The notes below the pieces were generated by a model, which was not told where the DNA came from, made no database searches, and was given only the letters and a program-made list of their open reading frames with translations. From Methanotrichaceae archaeon (GTDB taxonomy: Archaea > Halobacteriota > Methanosarcinia > Methanotrichales > Methanotrichaceae): 64,000 nt of DNA. Of the stretch, positions 38,710-49,866 are shown one piece after another. The stretch lies in NCBI GenBank assembly GCA_963754945.1, contig CAVWIG010000007.1, positions 50,134 through 114,133 on the forward strand. Direction: 5' to 3'. Every line of letters starts with the position of its first letter. Positions within the stretch are counted from its first letter, which is position 1. A program made the position numbers and the translations under genes.

Positions 38710-39639
38710 ATGTTCGAGAGACTGCCCACTGTCCCGCTCTCCCAGGAGCTAATTGATCGTGCCTTCAAGCGCGCTTCAAAGGCCGGAATGATACCAGGTA
38801 ACGACGAGTCGATGGTTCGAACCGCCGGAAATGTACTCTCAGATAACCTGGCTAATCTTATCCGGAAGTTTCCATCCTTCGAGAACCTCCCGCCCTTGTA
38901 CCGGGACCTGGCCGATATCCTTGTTGGCATAGACGCTATGAGAATCAGCCTTTCTAGGCTCCATTGGGCCTCCCGACAGGTGAAGGATATCTCCAGGGAA
39001 TACACAATGAAGATCAAGCACGGCCAGGACAAATCGGCCATGAGGAGATCGGCCTATGGAAGGATGTCCTCGGTTATCAAATCTATAGAGAAGGACCTCA
39101 TTTTTCTCAACGAAGCACGGGACAAACTGCGCAAACTGCCCAGCATCGATCCGCAGATGCCGGCAATTTTAATCGCCGGATATCCTAACGTCGGGAAGTC
39201 CAGCTTTATAAGGCTGGTCACAGGAGCCCGGCCTGAGATCGCCAGTTACCCCTTCACTACTCAGGCGATTTACGTGGGTCATTTCACTAGAAACGGCCAG
39301 AAGTACCAGGTGATAGACACCCCGGGGCTCCTTGATAGACCCTTGTCCGAAAGAAATGAGATGGAACGACAGTCCGTTGCAGTCCTGCGCCATCTAAATG
39401 GAGTCGTTCTCTTCATTATTGACCCGACGGGCCACTCTGGTTATCTACTGGAGGATCAGCTCAGGCTTGTAGAGGATATTAAAGGTTGGATAGAGCTTCC
39501 CGTGCTTGTTGTAGCCAACAAGGCGGACTTGGCGAATTACTCCGAGACTCCAACAATGTCAACTCTGACTGGCGCAGGGGTTGACGAGGCTCTGGACATT
39601 CTTTTAGACCGTCTAAATAACCTCAAGAGTCCTGCTTGA
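38710..39639 (+). CDS. NOG1 family GTP-binding protein
   Basis: GYPNVGKSS, YPFTT, DTPGLLDRP and NKAD motifs. Confidence 0.95.
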   Translation: MFERLPTVPLSQELIDRAFKRASKAGMIPGNDESMVRTAGNVLSDNLANLIRKFPSFENLPPLYRDLADILVGIDAMRISLSRLHWASRQVKDISREYTMKIKHGQDKSAMRRSAYGRMSSVIKSIEKDLIFLNEARDKLRKLPSIDPQMPAILIAGYPNVGKSSFIRLVTGARPEIASYPFTTQAIYVGHFTRNGQKYQVIDTPGLLDRPLSERNEMERQSVAVLRHLNGVVLFIIDPTGHSGYLLEDQLRLVEDIKGWIELPVLVVANKADLANYSETPTMSTLTGAGVDEALDILLDRLNNLKSPA

Positions 39640-40033
39640 TCACGTATTTTATCAGATCCGGTGAGAGCTGGACCTCTCTAGAGATTGTCATGGCTATCTC
39701 GGTGGAGTCCAATCCCATGGATCTGAGCTGCTCTATTCTGCTTAAGACGTCGTCGTTGATATTGCAGTAATCTCGAAGGGTTTTTCTGTTGCCGCAGACA
39801 TCGCCCTCTATCAGCTCTATTCCCTGCATCACCAGGAACATCTCTCCCGCTTTGGGCAGAGTCTTGCGGTATGGCTCAGGAACCTGAATTGCCCTTATTC
39901 TTGGGCAGTTTTGGAGCAACCTGAAAATATCCGCATTGGATGCGCTAAAAGCTAAATGGACCATCTGCTCATTTCTATTAAGCATGTCAATCTCGTTCTT
40001 TGAACTTACAATTCTGAGCTTCAACATCCTCAC
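39623..40033 (-). CDS. DUF1699 family protein
   Basis: RIVSSKNEI..LN.NE..VHLAF and CP.I.AIQVP motifs. Confidence 0.85.
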   Translation of the reverse strand: MRMLKLRIVSSKNEIDMLNRNEQMVHLAFSASNADIFRLLQNCPRIRAIQVPEPYRKTLPKAGEMFLVMQGIELIEGDVCGNRKTLRDYCNINDDVLSRIEQLRSMGLDSTEIAMTISREVQLSPDLIKYVIKQDS

Positions 40034-40310
40034 CTTTTACATCCTCTTAAATCATCAACATGCTTCAATTAATTGCTCCTTACTTATATGTTTTTGGTTT
40101 TCAAACAATATTGCTGATTCTGAACAATCGTCCCTGGCCCCCAGAAGTTTATCTTTTTATTCATGCCATAAGATGAGGATTTCTATTTACTAACAGATTT
40201 CTTCGCAATGAGTAGTTTTCGCCGAAATTCATACCTTTTTTGCTTTGAAGACATCGATTCTCCTTGAATTACACTCTTTTTCGATCATTTTTCGACAGCT
40301 TCCGCTCGGC

Positions 40311-41249
40311 CTAGATGACTTTGGCATTTTTCAGTGTGCAGAGTTGATATAAGTTGAAAGCAAATGCCGCCACCATCATCTTAGTGTGAACCCTCTGAAC
40401 AGTTGTAACCAGCACTCTACCAGAATCGAACACTCTTTTAATAACTGCGTGAGGCCGTTCGCCTGGTGCTCTGAGCTTGCTGATCAATCGATTTCTCTCC
40501 TTATCGAGCTCACCTAGAGGCTTATCGGTGGTCCTGCGTTTCATTGTGAAATCCACGCCCTTAGCCTCCGCCCCAAAGTATCCTCTATCTCTGAGCACCA
40601 CTTCATTCTCGACAGATAGATCAACCTGACTATCATGCAGCGATGCCGTGGTAGTCTCGATTTCGCGTATCAGACCATAATCGATATCGCTTTTCTGATG
40701 GAGCTTATAGCCGAAATGTGTTTCATTTCCTTTCTTAGCCCATGTGCCATCTTTACTGCGACGAGTTCTGGCCTCGTTGCCGCGTGGCTTCTTGGAAGAA
40801 CCAGGATCAGCTTCAATGAATGTAGCATCTTGAATCGTTCCCATGATGACAACTAATCCCATAGCAACAAGCTGTCTTTGAAGTTCCGCCCAAACAATCT
40901 TGTTCTTCCCGGTTTTTTCCATGCGATCTCTGAATAACCATATTGTGCTGGAATCGGGGAATGGCTCAGGATACCCAAGAAATTCCATGAACGATAGGCG
41001 ATCTGCTATCTGTCTTTCTGCTTCAAGATCACTCAAGCCAAACCACTGCTGAAGAATTAGAATCTTGAACATGAGAATAACGTCGCTGTTCGGCCTTCCC
41101 CCTTTCTCACTCTTGTTATTGTACATTTCATCGAGATGACCGCGAATCGGAACCCAATCGATCTTATCCGATATCTCCAATAGCCTATTTCCAGTCTTGT
41201 TGTTCTTCTTTTTGACTTGTTGCAACGCCCAGATGATAAAAGAATTCAT
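40311..41249 (-). CDS. IS5 family transposase
   Basis: GGRP, QQWFGLSD, DATFI, FGYKLH, HDSQ and DRGY motifs. Confidence 0.95.
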   Translation of the reverse strand: MNSFIIWALQQVKKKNNKTGNRLLEISDKIDWVPIRGHLDEMYNNKSEKGGRPNSDVILMFKILILQQWFGLSDLEAERQIADRLSFMEFLGYPEPFPDSSTIWLFRDRMEKTGKNKIVWAELQRQLVAMGLVVIMGTIQDATFIEADPGSSKKPRGNEARTRRSKDGTWAKKGNETHFGYKLHQKSDIDYGLIREIETTTASLHDSQVDLSVENEVVLRDRGYFGAEAKGVDFTMKRRTTDKPLGELDKERNRLISKLRAPGERPHAVIKRVFDSGRVLVTTVQRVHTKMMVAAFAFNLYQLCTLKNAKVI

Positions 41250-41258
41250 AATATCTAA

Positions 41259-41440
41259 TAGTATTGTTAGTATATAAACATTTCGATAGTTATAGAATAA
41301 ATGGTAAGTTCATTGGAACCCTCTGAATGGTAGGTTTATAAGAGTCCTCTAGTATTGTTATTATATAAACATTTCGATAGTTATAGAATAAATGGTAAGT
41401 TCATTGGAACCCTCTGAATGGTAGGTTTATAAGAGTCCTC
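41259..41440. repeat. Two 91-bp tandem repeats
   Basis: 41259-41349 and 41350-41440 differ at a single base. Confidence 0.95.
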
Positions 41441-41824
41441 AAGATGTCAATTTTATCTTTCTCAACTCGATATGCTTTACCGCGAAATTATTTGTTCCAA
41501 ATGAAGACTTCTTCTGAAATCCTTAAAAATATTAGTTAAACTATTTTTATCTATTGTGACCATGCCCACTGCAATTAAGCGATTATTAATAACTATATTA
41601 CTAACATATCCCTTTGAGGATTTTGATTGCTTTCCGTCAATTTCACGTAAACTTTTCCGACATCGCTTTCTTTAATGCATACAGTTCACGCAACATTTTC
41701 TCGATATGGTCTATTGAATCCGTGCGCGATGGGTTGTGACTATAAATAGGTAATATAAATAATATGATAATGGCACGTTCCCGTTTGCTCGCGTTAAATA
41801 TCTAATTATATTAACTAACCGTGA

Positions 41825-42388
41825 TTATATCGCTGAAACCACCTTGAAGACATAAAGTTGTTCGAAAAAATATCTTTCCACTGCCACCTGGGACACTTCA
41901 AAACCAAGATTTATTGCAGTCACTTTAACCATAGATATCCCTGTTTGGCTAGATAACAAAATAAGGGCCCGGCCTCCGGGAGTCAGGTGGGACCCAAGCT
42001 CTTCGAAGAACCTTTCTATCGTTTCTCGTCCGCTCTCGCCACCGTCAAGGGCGAAGTTCATCCACCCCGCAGTCTTCTCTCCTTCGGAGGTTGGAAGGTA
42101 CGGAGGATTGAAAATGACCATGTCGAACTTGGCCTTGATGCCCCGGAAGAGATCAGCTCGAATTACTGGAATGCCGTATTCTTTCACTGTACTCACAGCG
42201 ATGGGATTTATATCAGTTGCCAGAACCTCTCGAACTCTGGGAGCAAGATTCCTTGATATCAATCCGTTCCCACAGCCGACCTCCAGCACCCTGTCAGAAT
42301 CCCTCGCCTCAGCCATGGCGGCCTTCAGGAGCAGGTAAGTATCTTCAGCGGGCTCATACACCTCGCCTTCGTTCCCGGACTGTGCCAT
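41825..42388 (-). CDS. HemK2/MTQ2 family protein methyltransferase
   Basis: VYEPAEDTYLL, LEVGCGNG and NPPY motifs. Confidence 0.95.
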   Translation of the reverse strand: MAQSGNEGEVYEPAEDTYLLLKAAMAEARDSDRVLEVGCGNGLISRNLAPRVREVLATDINPIAVSTVKEYGIPVIRADLFRGIKAKFDMVIFNPPYLPTSEGEKTAGWMNFALDGGESGRETIERFFEELGSHLTPGGRALILLSSQTGISMVKVTAINLGFEVSQVAVERYFFEQLYVFKVVSAI

Positions 42389-42790
42389 TCTGGATACTGA
42401 ATTTGGAGCAAGTACAATAAGGTTTGCCTAGATGCCACTTAAACGGGTTAGTAAATAACTTCAGACTTTGTTTTCAAGTATAGGTTGTCAACGAACTTGC
42501 ATATCTCCCTCAACAAACAAGGGTTATTGGACCAGATTCCAGCCTCTATGTTGCCCTCGAATCCGCCTCTAGTGAGATTGGCCGATGTTGCTATCGCTTC
42601 TTTCAGGTCCACAAGGTAATCAGCCATACAGCGCTAGGCCTCTTATTATTCTTGAAAGACTATGTTATAAAAAGATAACTCCATCAATATACAAACCCTA
42701 TAAACGAAACTTTAACGGTCAATGACTGCAAGTCAAGCTAGAAAAATTGAGACGCGCACTAAATAAAGAAATGAAGTTTGCCGGGTTGAT

Positions 42791-44470
42791 TTACATCATT
42801 CCCGGCATTCCCATGCCGCCCATTCCGGGCATGCCACCCATACCACCCATGCCTGGCATTCCACCGGGCATACCGCCTGCACCAGGACCCTCTGGCTTCT
42901 TCTTGGTTGATGACAGGACATCATCGATCCGAAGTATCAACGAGGCTGCATCGGTTGCCGACTGAATGGCCTGGACCTTTACCCTCAAGGGCTCCACAAC
43001 GCCCAGATCGTACATATCCACGATCTTGCCGGTGTAGACGTTCAGCCCTGCCTTCTTGTTGGTATCGTGCCCTTTTTTGAGCTCCACCAGTTTGTCTATG
43101 GAGTTGAAACCAGCGTTCTCCGCAAGGGCTTTTGGCACGACCTCCAAAGCCTCGGCAAACTTGGCCACTGCAAGCTGCTCTCTGCCTTTCAGGGTGCTAG
43201 CGTACTCTCTGAGCCGGAGGGATAGCTCGACCTCGGGAGCTCCGCCACCGGGAAGCACCCTCTGGTCTTCTATGACGTCAGCTACTGCGTGCACAGCATC
43301 GTCCAGGGCCCGCTCAATGCTGTCTAGGACCTGCTGGGTTCCGCCTCGAAGGACTAGCGTCACTGCCTTATTTCTGGCACCGGAAACAAAGGTCATGGCC
43401 CCGTTGCCCATCTTTTTCTCTTCCACTAGATCGGCAGTTCCAAGGTCAGACGGCTTCAGCTCATCGAGGTTTGTCACTATGTTGGCTCCCGTGGCCCTGG
43501 AGAGCCGGTCGAGATCGCTTCTGTTCACTCTTCGCAGTGCGAGCACTCCGGCGTCGGCCAGGTGGTGCTGAGCCAGGTCTTCTATGCCCTTTTGACAGAA
43601 GACAACGTTTGCTCCACTTGCAAGGACCTTGTCCACAACCGCCTCTATGGCCGCCTTCTCCTGATCCATGAATAGCTGGAACTGTGAAGACGTTTTTATT
43701 TTCAGCTCAGCCTTAGTCTCGGTGTCCCTGACCTCGATGGGGGCGCTGAGCAAGAGGATCTTTGCCTTCTCGATTAACCTCGGCATGTTCTGGTGGGCTC
43801 GGGTCTTGTCAACCACTATGCCTTCGATGAGCTCTGAGTCCTCAATACTCTCTCCGACCTTTTTCTCCACTTTGATCTTATCCAGGTCCACCTTTCTCTT
43901 GCCGCCTGTAGTCTCCACTGCCGACAATACGATGTCGACTGCGTAACTGGATATCTTGCCCTCTGGGGTCTCTGCCCACTTGCCTGTCATTGCCGTCTTG
44001 GCGATCTTGTCCAGAAGGTTTCTGTCACTAACCGGGACGTCTATTGCCATAGAATCCAGGATCTCGAAGGCCTTCTTGGCTGCAAGGCCGTAGCCGTCCA
44101 CGATCACTGTGGGATGCACTCCCTGCCCCAAGAGGTCTTCGGCTTTTTTGAGCAACTCTCCCGCAAAGATGGCAACTGTTGTTGTCCCGTCTCCAACCTC
44201 AGAATCCTGGGTCTTGGCAGCCTCGATGATCATCTTCGCTGCAGGGTGTTGAACTTCCATCTCTTTCAGGATGGTTACACCGTCGTTGGTTATTGTCACG
44301 TCGCCTGATGAGGCCACAAGCAGTTTGTCCATGCCCTTGGGGCCCAGGGTGGACCTCACAGCATTGGCCACTGCGCGGGCCGCCATTATATTGTTGGACA
44401 TGGCATCTTTGCCCGTCTCCCTGCGAGTATCTCTCAGAATGATGATTGGCGTTCCACTTAGTCCTGCCAT
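42791..44470 (-). CDS. thsA: Thermosome (group II chaperonin) subunit
   Basis: [21 protein letters not shown] and a GGM-rich tail; alpha versus beta cannot be resolved. Confidence 0.95.
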   Translation of the reverse strand: MAGLSGTPIIILRDTRRETGKDAMSNNIMAARAVANAVRSTLGPKGMDKLLVASSGDVTITNDGVTILKEMEVQHPAAKMIIEAAKTQDSEVGDGTTTVAIFAGELLKKAEDLLGQGVHPTVIVDGYGLAAKKAFEILDSMAIDVPVSDRNLLDKIAKTAMTGKWAETPEGKISSYAVDIVLSAVETTGGKRKVDLDKIKVEKKVGESIEDSELIEGIVVDKTRAHQNMPRLIEKAKILLLSAPIEVRDTETKAELKIKTSSQFQLFMDQEKAAIEAVVDKVLASGANVVFCQKGIEDLAQHHLADAGVLALRRVNRSDLDRLSRATGANIVTNLDELKPSDLGTADLVEEKKMGNGAMTFVSGARNKAVTLVLRGGTQQVLDSIERALDDAVHAVADVIEDQRVLPGGGAPEVELSLRLREYASTLKGREQLAVAKFAEALEVVPKALAENAGFNSIDKLVELKKGHDTNKKAGLNVYTGKIVDMYDLGVVEPLRVKVQAIQSATDAASLILRIDDVLSSTKKKPEGPGAGGMPGGMPGMGGMGGMPGMGGMGMPGMM

Positions 44471-44588
44471 AGAACAATCCTCCACTATCTTATCTCAAGA
44501 TTACAGTATTTGCTCTTCTATAAAACCCTTTTCCAGGATGGCGAATACTGTTAAATAGTACAAATGCGAGAGAAAGGCTGCCTTCTGT

Positions 44589-44674
44589 GCGGGGGTTGCC
44601 AAGTGGTCAAAGGCGCTGGATTCAGGGTCCAGTCGTGCAGACGTTCGCGGGTTCGACTCCCGTCCTCCGCACCA
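44589..44674 (+). tRNA. tRNA-Leu(CAG)
   Basis: Cloverleaf with anticodon arm CTGGA-TTCAGGG-TCCAG, long variable arm, GTTCGA and an encoded CCA. Confidence 0.96.
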
Positions 44675-45018
44675 ATTTACTAAGCTGATATCGGTTTTGC
44701 TTCAGACTGCCTTTGATTATGTCGATGTCGCGTTGAAATATACTTTTCGCGGCATAACCGTGTGTTATGTCGCGTAACTCGGAACTCAAATGCACACCCT
44801 TGAATCTCCCATCGTGCAAAATTACCTTTTCCTACAATATTGCACCATATTTTAAAGCATTAACATCGAATAGCCGATTGGACAAATGCCTGGAAGTCAG
44901 AGGTCCGTGTTCCATGAGTGTCAGGGAGTATCTTAGAGGTTTTAGAATCATTAGGATCAAAATGTTCATTAAAGAAAAAGTGGCGGCTTGCCGGGAATCA
45001 AGATACCAGACATCCATC

Positions 45019-45597
45019 TCATTCCAAAAGCCAGACTGGCCCGTGTCCCGGGTAAATTGTCTTAGCATTCAGGGCTCGTATTCTCTGCCAGCTTGTTTCG
45101 ACTTGGTGCATTGGATCTTCTCCCCACGTTGGTCCAGGTAAGTCGCCTGTAAACGCAATTCCCTCATCCAGGATCAAGCTGATACTGTCATCTGTATGGC
45201 CCGGTGTGTGTATTATTTCACCCTCTATGCCCAAATGCAACAAGAACGCCCGGCTGTCTAAGAAGCTGAGATCGAGATTGTCATCAAGGGCAATCTCAAG
45301 GAAAGGATTACTTGGTTTCATGTACTTGCGTAACGTTGGGATTGAGGATTGCTGGTTCTCTACGACAACAAGCCGAATGCCTATCGACTTGACTTCCTGC
45401 GCCAGGCCCGCATGATCTGGATGGTAATGCGTTACCAGCAAATACTTGACATCCTGTAGCGGGACGCGCTTTCTTTTGAAGATGCTAAGCAATTTGGGCA
45501 ATGTGCCAGGCCACCCAACGTCAATTAAGAGTCGGGTGGTGTCCTGGCCGATCAGGTAGTAATTCGTTGAGTCGTATCCGACATTTAGGATATTCAT
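45019..45597 (-). CDS. Metallo-beta-lactamase fold hydrolase
   Basis: THYHPDHAG, TPGHT, FTGD and YPGHG motifs. Confidence 0.92.
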   Translation of the reverse strand: MNILNVGYDSTNYYLIGQDTTRLLIDVGWPGTLPKLLSIFKRKRVPLQDVKYLLVTHYHPDHAGLAQEVKSIGIRLVVVENQQSSIPTLRKYMKPSNPFLEIALDDNLDLSFLDSRAFLLHLGIEGEIIHTPGHTDDSISLILDEGIAFTGDLPGPTWGEDPMHQVETSWQRIRALNAKTIYPGHGPVWLLE

Positions 45598-46370
45598 CTT
45601 ACTTTGCCGAGTAAGATCAATAGTTGCCACATTATAGTTTACGTGCGAATTGTATTTCATGGTGACGAGATGACGAGAATGACGGGCGTTCTTGTGTTCT
45701 ATTTGATTTTGAGACTAAGCGATGAAACATATTCATAACGGATATATATTTTGTTCTGTAGAAAAGCCTATGAAACTATTTGTTTTTAATATTTTTATAA
45801 TCATTCAATTTTGTAATACTACGTTTAACCAAGAGTATCTCCTTTTCATCTACTTCTTTATAGATCCTTTTTCTAGTAGAGTTCATAAATAAGAATAAAA
45901 ATAAATTAAATATAGATAACAAGATGTATACAGTTGCCCTAAATGGGGACAGAGGCCAAACTATGTAAGTATTTACAAAACTTAGAAATACTAGAAAAGC
46001 CGTAATTATTACGAAACATGATATAGATCCAAATCCCACTATTGATCGAGAGTAGTAATGATCCCAGAAACCACCTATTGTATTGGACCAACCGATATAT
46101 TTTGTATATGTATCATCATAAAGAATAAAATCAATTGCATTCAAACATTCTTCATCACTTAAATTTCCGCCGTATTCCTTTTTTATGAGGGCAAATGATT
46201 TCGTTCTGTTGTGTGGCTTTGACATCTCATCAAATATCTGGTATCCCAACCACCCAACCGGCAGTGCGATTACCGCAACAAAAAGAGATAAATCCTGAAT
46301 ATTGAGGTTTAAGCATTTAAATTCATCAAATTGCATAAAGAGAAAAATCAGCGAAATAGCATCTATAACT

Positions 46371-47357
46371 GCTGTGTCGATTAAGCTTAAATAGTTTAAA
46401 TATAAATATTGTGTCATGAACTATGTTGATAATAGAGACTGGCCAGAATATAATGCCCAACTTGTTCGAAGAGGCGAATTCTATCTCGATTTGAGTTGTG
46501 TGAAGAACTGGAGTTGGGAATTAAGAGAAATGAATAGAAAGAAAACAGGCGCTCCATACAAATACCCTAACACTTTTATAACTTTTGCATCAATAATATA
46601 CTCTTTTTTTCGAATGCCATATCGTCAACTTGAAGGATTCTTTGGACGACTTTCGACCTATGAACCAGGATTGGTGGCGGCAGATTATACCACCCTCCAT
46701 AAGCGAATCTCTAAGCAAGATCTTGGAATAGAGATACCAGAGAACGACGCTGTTGTTGCAGTTGATTCAACTGGGATAAAGGTAACAAATAGAGGGGATT
46801 GGATGCGCGAGAAACACGGAAAGCAGCGGCGAGGATGGCTTAAAGTTCATGTGGCAGTCGACGTTGAATCAAAGAGATTATTGTCTATGGAAATTACAGA
46901 AGAAGACACCTCGGATAGCGAGGTTTTGCGCCCTTTGTTGAAAGACGTCAATATTGAGGAGGGGTTGATGGATGGCGCATATGACACAAACGACGCATTT
47001 GAATTTATGAAATCGAAAGGTGTAGATTGTCCAGGGATTAAGATCAGAGAGAACGCGATAGTAGGCAAAGATGCATCAGCCAGGTCAACAGCGGTTCTGG
47101 AATTCAAAAAAATGGGCTACAAGGGTTGGAAGCAAATGCATCAGTACGGTAGAAGGTGGGCAGTTGAAGGCTTCTTCTCATCGATCAAGCGTATCTTTGG
47201 TGAGACGGTTCGGGCATCTTCACCCGAAGGAATGGTCGCCGAGATTAAAAGAGCATTCATTTTGTATGATATACTTAGGAGCATATAAGTAATTAGTTAA
47301 AATAAATTATGAATTCTTGAATAACGAAATAATACTATAATAATCATGCGACACAGC
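46371..47357 (+). mobile_element. IS5 family (IS903-like) element
   Basis: TIRs GCTGTGTCG / CGACACAGC; flanking direct repeat ATCTATAACT at 46361-46370 and 47358-47367 (8-10 bp depending on where the ends are set). Confidence 0.92.
46416..47288 (+). CDS. IS5 family (IS903 group) transposase
   Basis: DW.EYN..LV.RG, VDSTGIK, WLKVH, DGAYD and Y.RRW.VE.FFS motifs. Confidence 0.95.
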   Translation: MNYVDNRDWPEYNAQLVRRGEFYLDLSCVKNWSWELREMNRKKTGAPYKYPNTFITFASIIYSFFRMPYRQLEGFFGRLSTYEPGLVAADYTTLHKRISKQDLGIEIPENDAVVAVDSTGIKVTNRGDWMREKHGKQRRGWLKVHVAVDVESKRLLSMEITEEDTSDSEVLRPLLKDVNIEEGLMDGAYDTNDAFEFMKSKGVDCPGIKIRENAIVGKDASARSTAVLEFKKMGYKGWKQMHQYGRRWAVEGFFSSIKRIFGETVRASSPEGMVAEIKRAFILYDILRSI

Positions 47358-47483
47358 ATCTATAACTATAAAAAGACCTGGGATTTCATATCGCAGGAAT
47401 TGGCGCATTTCGGACATATAGGATTTGCATATATACCTTATACGTTAAGACTGTTCCTATAATGAAGTTCAGGACAGGATTCC

Positions 47484-48032
47484 TCAAGCTATCTTCTTCT
47501 CTGCCGCTTTGACCATCTCTTCGGGAAGGTTGTATTTTCTGGCTATGTTGAGGGCTTTCCTGTAAAGGCCAGCCTGCATATACTGCTCAAAGGATTTGGT
47601 GGCCGCTGCAATCTTCATCTTATCAGAGAGCTTGAATTCATCGGCTATTTCAGCAGCATTCTTGGGAAAACCAAAGTCCATTGACTTGTTGAAGGCCTGG
47701 ATTGCTGCCTCCTTCACTATGTTCTCCGGGAGGTTCATCTCCTTGGCGTAGTCCGCCGCAGCCCTGAAAAACTCGCTGTCGATCTTCCTCCGGAAGGATC
47801 TTATGGCTGCCTCGTTCCTGAGGTCCGCTGGGAGATTGTACTGCGCTGCGAGGTCTGCAGCAATGGAGTAGTCTCCTTTGACCATGCACCTGTTGTAGGC
47901 CTCTTTCACAGCCGGTTGCAGCATGTCGTCAGGAAGGCCTACGGAAGACTTTATCTTAGCAGCTTCCTTGAAAGCGCCCTGCCTCATCTTCTCGGCGAAC
48001 TGCTTTGCGCCCTCTTCTAAAGTTTCAGGCAT
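47484..48032 (-). CDS. Hypothetical alpha-helical repeat protein
   Basis: Repeating AA..A..Y.LP.....AA units; host-like codon usage. Confidence 0.8.
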   Translation of the reverse strand: MPETLEEGAKQFAEKMRQGAFKEAAKIKSSVGLPDDMLQPAVKEAYNRCMVKGDYSIAADLAAQYNLPADLRNEAAIRSFRRKIDSEFFRAAADYAKEMNLPENIVKEAAIQAFNKSMDFGFPKNAAEIADEFKLSDKMKIAAATKSFEQYMQAGLYRKALNIARKYNLPEEMVKAAEKKIA

Positions 48033-48107
48033 CTTAACCCCATAATACTGGGCGTGCAAAAGATATAAAGAAGAGCATTTGAGGAGTCTGGAGTTTCAAC
48101 ATTTCAA

Positions 48108-48560
48108 TTAGTCCTCGTTGTGATCGTCTCTCAGGGTTGCTACAAAGGCATACTGCGTGGTCGTAGGAAGCTTTCGGCGGAGTTCCCGGACATCAGACAG
48201 GTAGATGATCATGGACTTACCCTCAGGACGGTCCTTTCCCAGGAGCTTGCTCACCATCTCTACCTCAATCTCGCCCTGGATCCTGGCCGCACCGCTGCCG
48301 AAGTCCGGTGACATCTCGATAAGCAGCGGCAGCCTCAAGCGGTTCCACAGGAACCTGGGAAGCGTACTGGATATCAGATCCAGCTCGGCCTTGTCCATTA
48401 TGAAGAAGGTGTTGTCCTTGCCCTTGACGCCAGGCTTCTCCATTGTCAGGAGCTCTGTTAGAGGCAATCGCTTTCCTGGAAGGTGCTGGTTCAGGGTCTG
48501 GATGGTCTTTATCAGAATCTTCTTGTCGCCGAAGCCGGGCCTATCGCCTGAAAACGCCAT
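48108..48560 (-). CDS. DUF61 family protein
   Basis: LNQHLP..R..L.ELL, LRLP.LIE and LRRKLPTTTQYAF motifs. Confidence 0.88.
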   Translation of the reverse strand: MAFSGDRPGFGDKKILIKTIQTLNQHLPGKRLPLTELLTMEKPGVKGKDNTFFIMDKAELDLISSTLPRFLWNRLRLPLLIEMSPDFGSGAARIQGEIEVEMVSKLLGKDRPEGKSMIIYLSDVRELRRKLPTTTQYAFVATLRDDHNED

Positions 48561-48585
48561 TGTAAAACTCTTGCTCTGAAGGGAC

Positions 48586-49788
48586 TTAAAGATAACCGTT
48601 ATCGATATCCTTTAAGGTGTGCTGGATCGGGCTCTTCTTCAGATTCAGGCACTTTCTTGCCGCCTGTGCCACCTTTTCACGGTCCTCAATCCTGCAGTAG
48701 ACGCCGAATCTCCAGTTGGCCCGGTTGGCCTTCTCAAGGATGGCGACCAGAGGTGACACATCTCTCAAGGGTTTCACCTCTCCATCGACAAGGACCGGAA
48801 AGTCGCCCTCTTCGGCATCCGGCAGGCTTGGGTTGTCCACCAGCACGTATTCGTGGTCCAACCCGGCCAGATCGGCTATCTCCTGAGCTATTCTCCTGTC
48901 GTTCGCCCAGGATCTTGAATATGACTCAAGGCTCTCCAAGCCTACGTAAACAGATCGCTTGAATAGCCTCCTGGATTTGATTCTTGAGACCATCTCCGCA
49001 GCGATCCCCCCATGGGCTGTCATGGAGGAGAAAAGCTCTTCATCGTCCATGGCCTTGATCTTGGCCGCCTCGATGCCGTCATCGATCATACTTCGTATTC
49101 CGCACGAGATCATGCACTCCGAGATCCGGCAGACGTGATGATAGTAAACGGCCGGGTGCATAAGCAGTCTTGAAATGAGGAAAGAGGTCGCCGCCTGAAT
49201 CCCTCCCGACTCCACCACCAGATCTCCCAGATGGACCTTCATCTTCTTTATGAGCCTGAGATGATCGATCACACCATAGGCTACGCCGGTGTAGTGAGAG
49301 TCGCGGATCAGATAATCCATCCTGTCTGCGTCAATCTCGCTGCTCACGATCTGGCCCAGTCGATTCTCGCCGTTTACCGTGGACTGGATCTCCTGGGGGC
49401 GCAGACCATGCTCCTCGAGGACCGCTCTTAACTCGCTCTTTCTCAGCAGGTCGATTACGCTTTCGTGATTCCTTCTTAGAAAGGGCGAAAGGGCAGCTTC
49501 TGTTGCGTGGGAGAGGGGACCGTGGCCTATATCGTGCAATATCGCCGCAGCGCCAACCAACAGCCTCTCCTCTTCATCCAGTCCCAGGTGGTCGGCCAGG
49601 ACCCTTGCAAGATGGTATGCGCCCAGGCTGTGCTCAAACCTGGTGTGATTGGCTCCGGGATATACAAGGTTGGCAAGGCCGAGCTGTTTGATCCAGCGCA
49701 ACCTCTGCATTTGCGGGGTGCCGATCAATGCCTGAGCAAAGTCGTCAAGCTTAACGTAGCCGTGAACCGGGTCTCTGATCTCTGTCAT
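48586..49788 (-). CDS. HD domain phosphohydrolase (SAMHD1-like dNTPase family)
   Basis: IRDPVHG, QRLR.IKQLG, HTRFEHSLG, LHDIGHGP.SH and DADRMDYL.RD motifs. Confidence 0.95.
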   Translation of the reverse strand: MTEIRDPVHGYVKLDDFAQALIGTPQMQRLRWIKQLGLANLVYPGANHTRFEHSLGAYHLARVLADHLGLDEEERLLVGAAAILHDIGHGPLSHATEAALSPFLRRNHESVIDLLRKSELRAVLEEHGLRPQEIQSTVNGENRLGQIVSSEIDADRMDYLIRDSHYTGVAYGVIDHLRLIKKMKVHLGDLVVESGGIQAATSFLISRLLMHPAVYYHHVCRISECMISCGIRSMIDDGIEAAKIKAMDDEELFSSMTAHGGIAAEMVSRIKSRRLFKRSVYVGLESLESYSRSWANDRRIAQEIADLAGLDHEYVLVDNPSLPDAEEGDFPVLVDGEVKPLRDVSPLVAILEKANRANWRFGVYCRIEDREKVAQAARKCLNLKKSPIQHTLKDIDNGYL

Positions 49789-49866
49789 TTTATCAGAACC
49801 CGATTCCGAAAGGGTGACCTCTTAAAAGAAATAGAAAATAGAAAGGATGTCCGAATCCGGCATCCT

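Larger units (their letters stand above)
40175..41440 (-). mobile_element. IS5 family element with internally duplicated promoter-side end
   Basis: Imperfect TIRs GAGGATTTCTAT / rc GAGGACTCTTAT; 5-bp direct repeat AAGAT at 40170-40174 and 41441-41445. Confidence 0.8.
45776..47417 (-). pseudogene. AT-rich multi-pass membrane protein interrupted by IS5
   Basis: Excising the IS joins MSEMRQFLRYEIPGLFIVID to AISLIFLFMQF in frame; about four hydrophobic segments. Confidence 0.78.

Noticed and set aside
41259-41440. Possible CRISPR array
   Set aside because: Only two contiguous 91-bp units with no spacers and no cas genes; explained as an IS end duplication.
42474-42627. 50-codon minus-strand ORF MADYLVDLKEAIATSANL
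   Set aside because: No recognisable motif or clear RBS; it cannot be supported without homology data.
42791-42880. GGM repeats at the thermosome C-terminus
   Set aside because: A well-known chaperonin tail.
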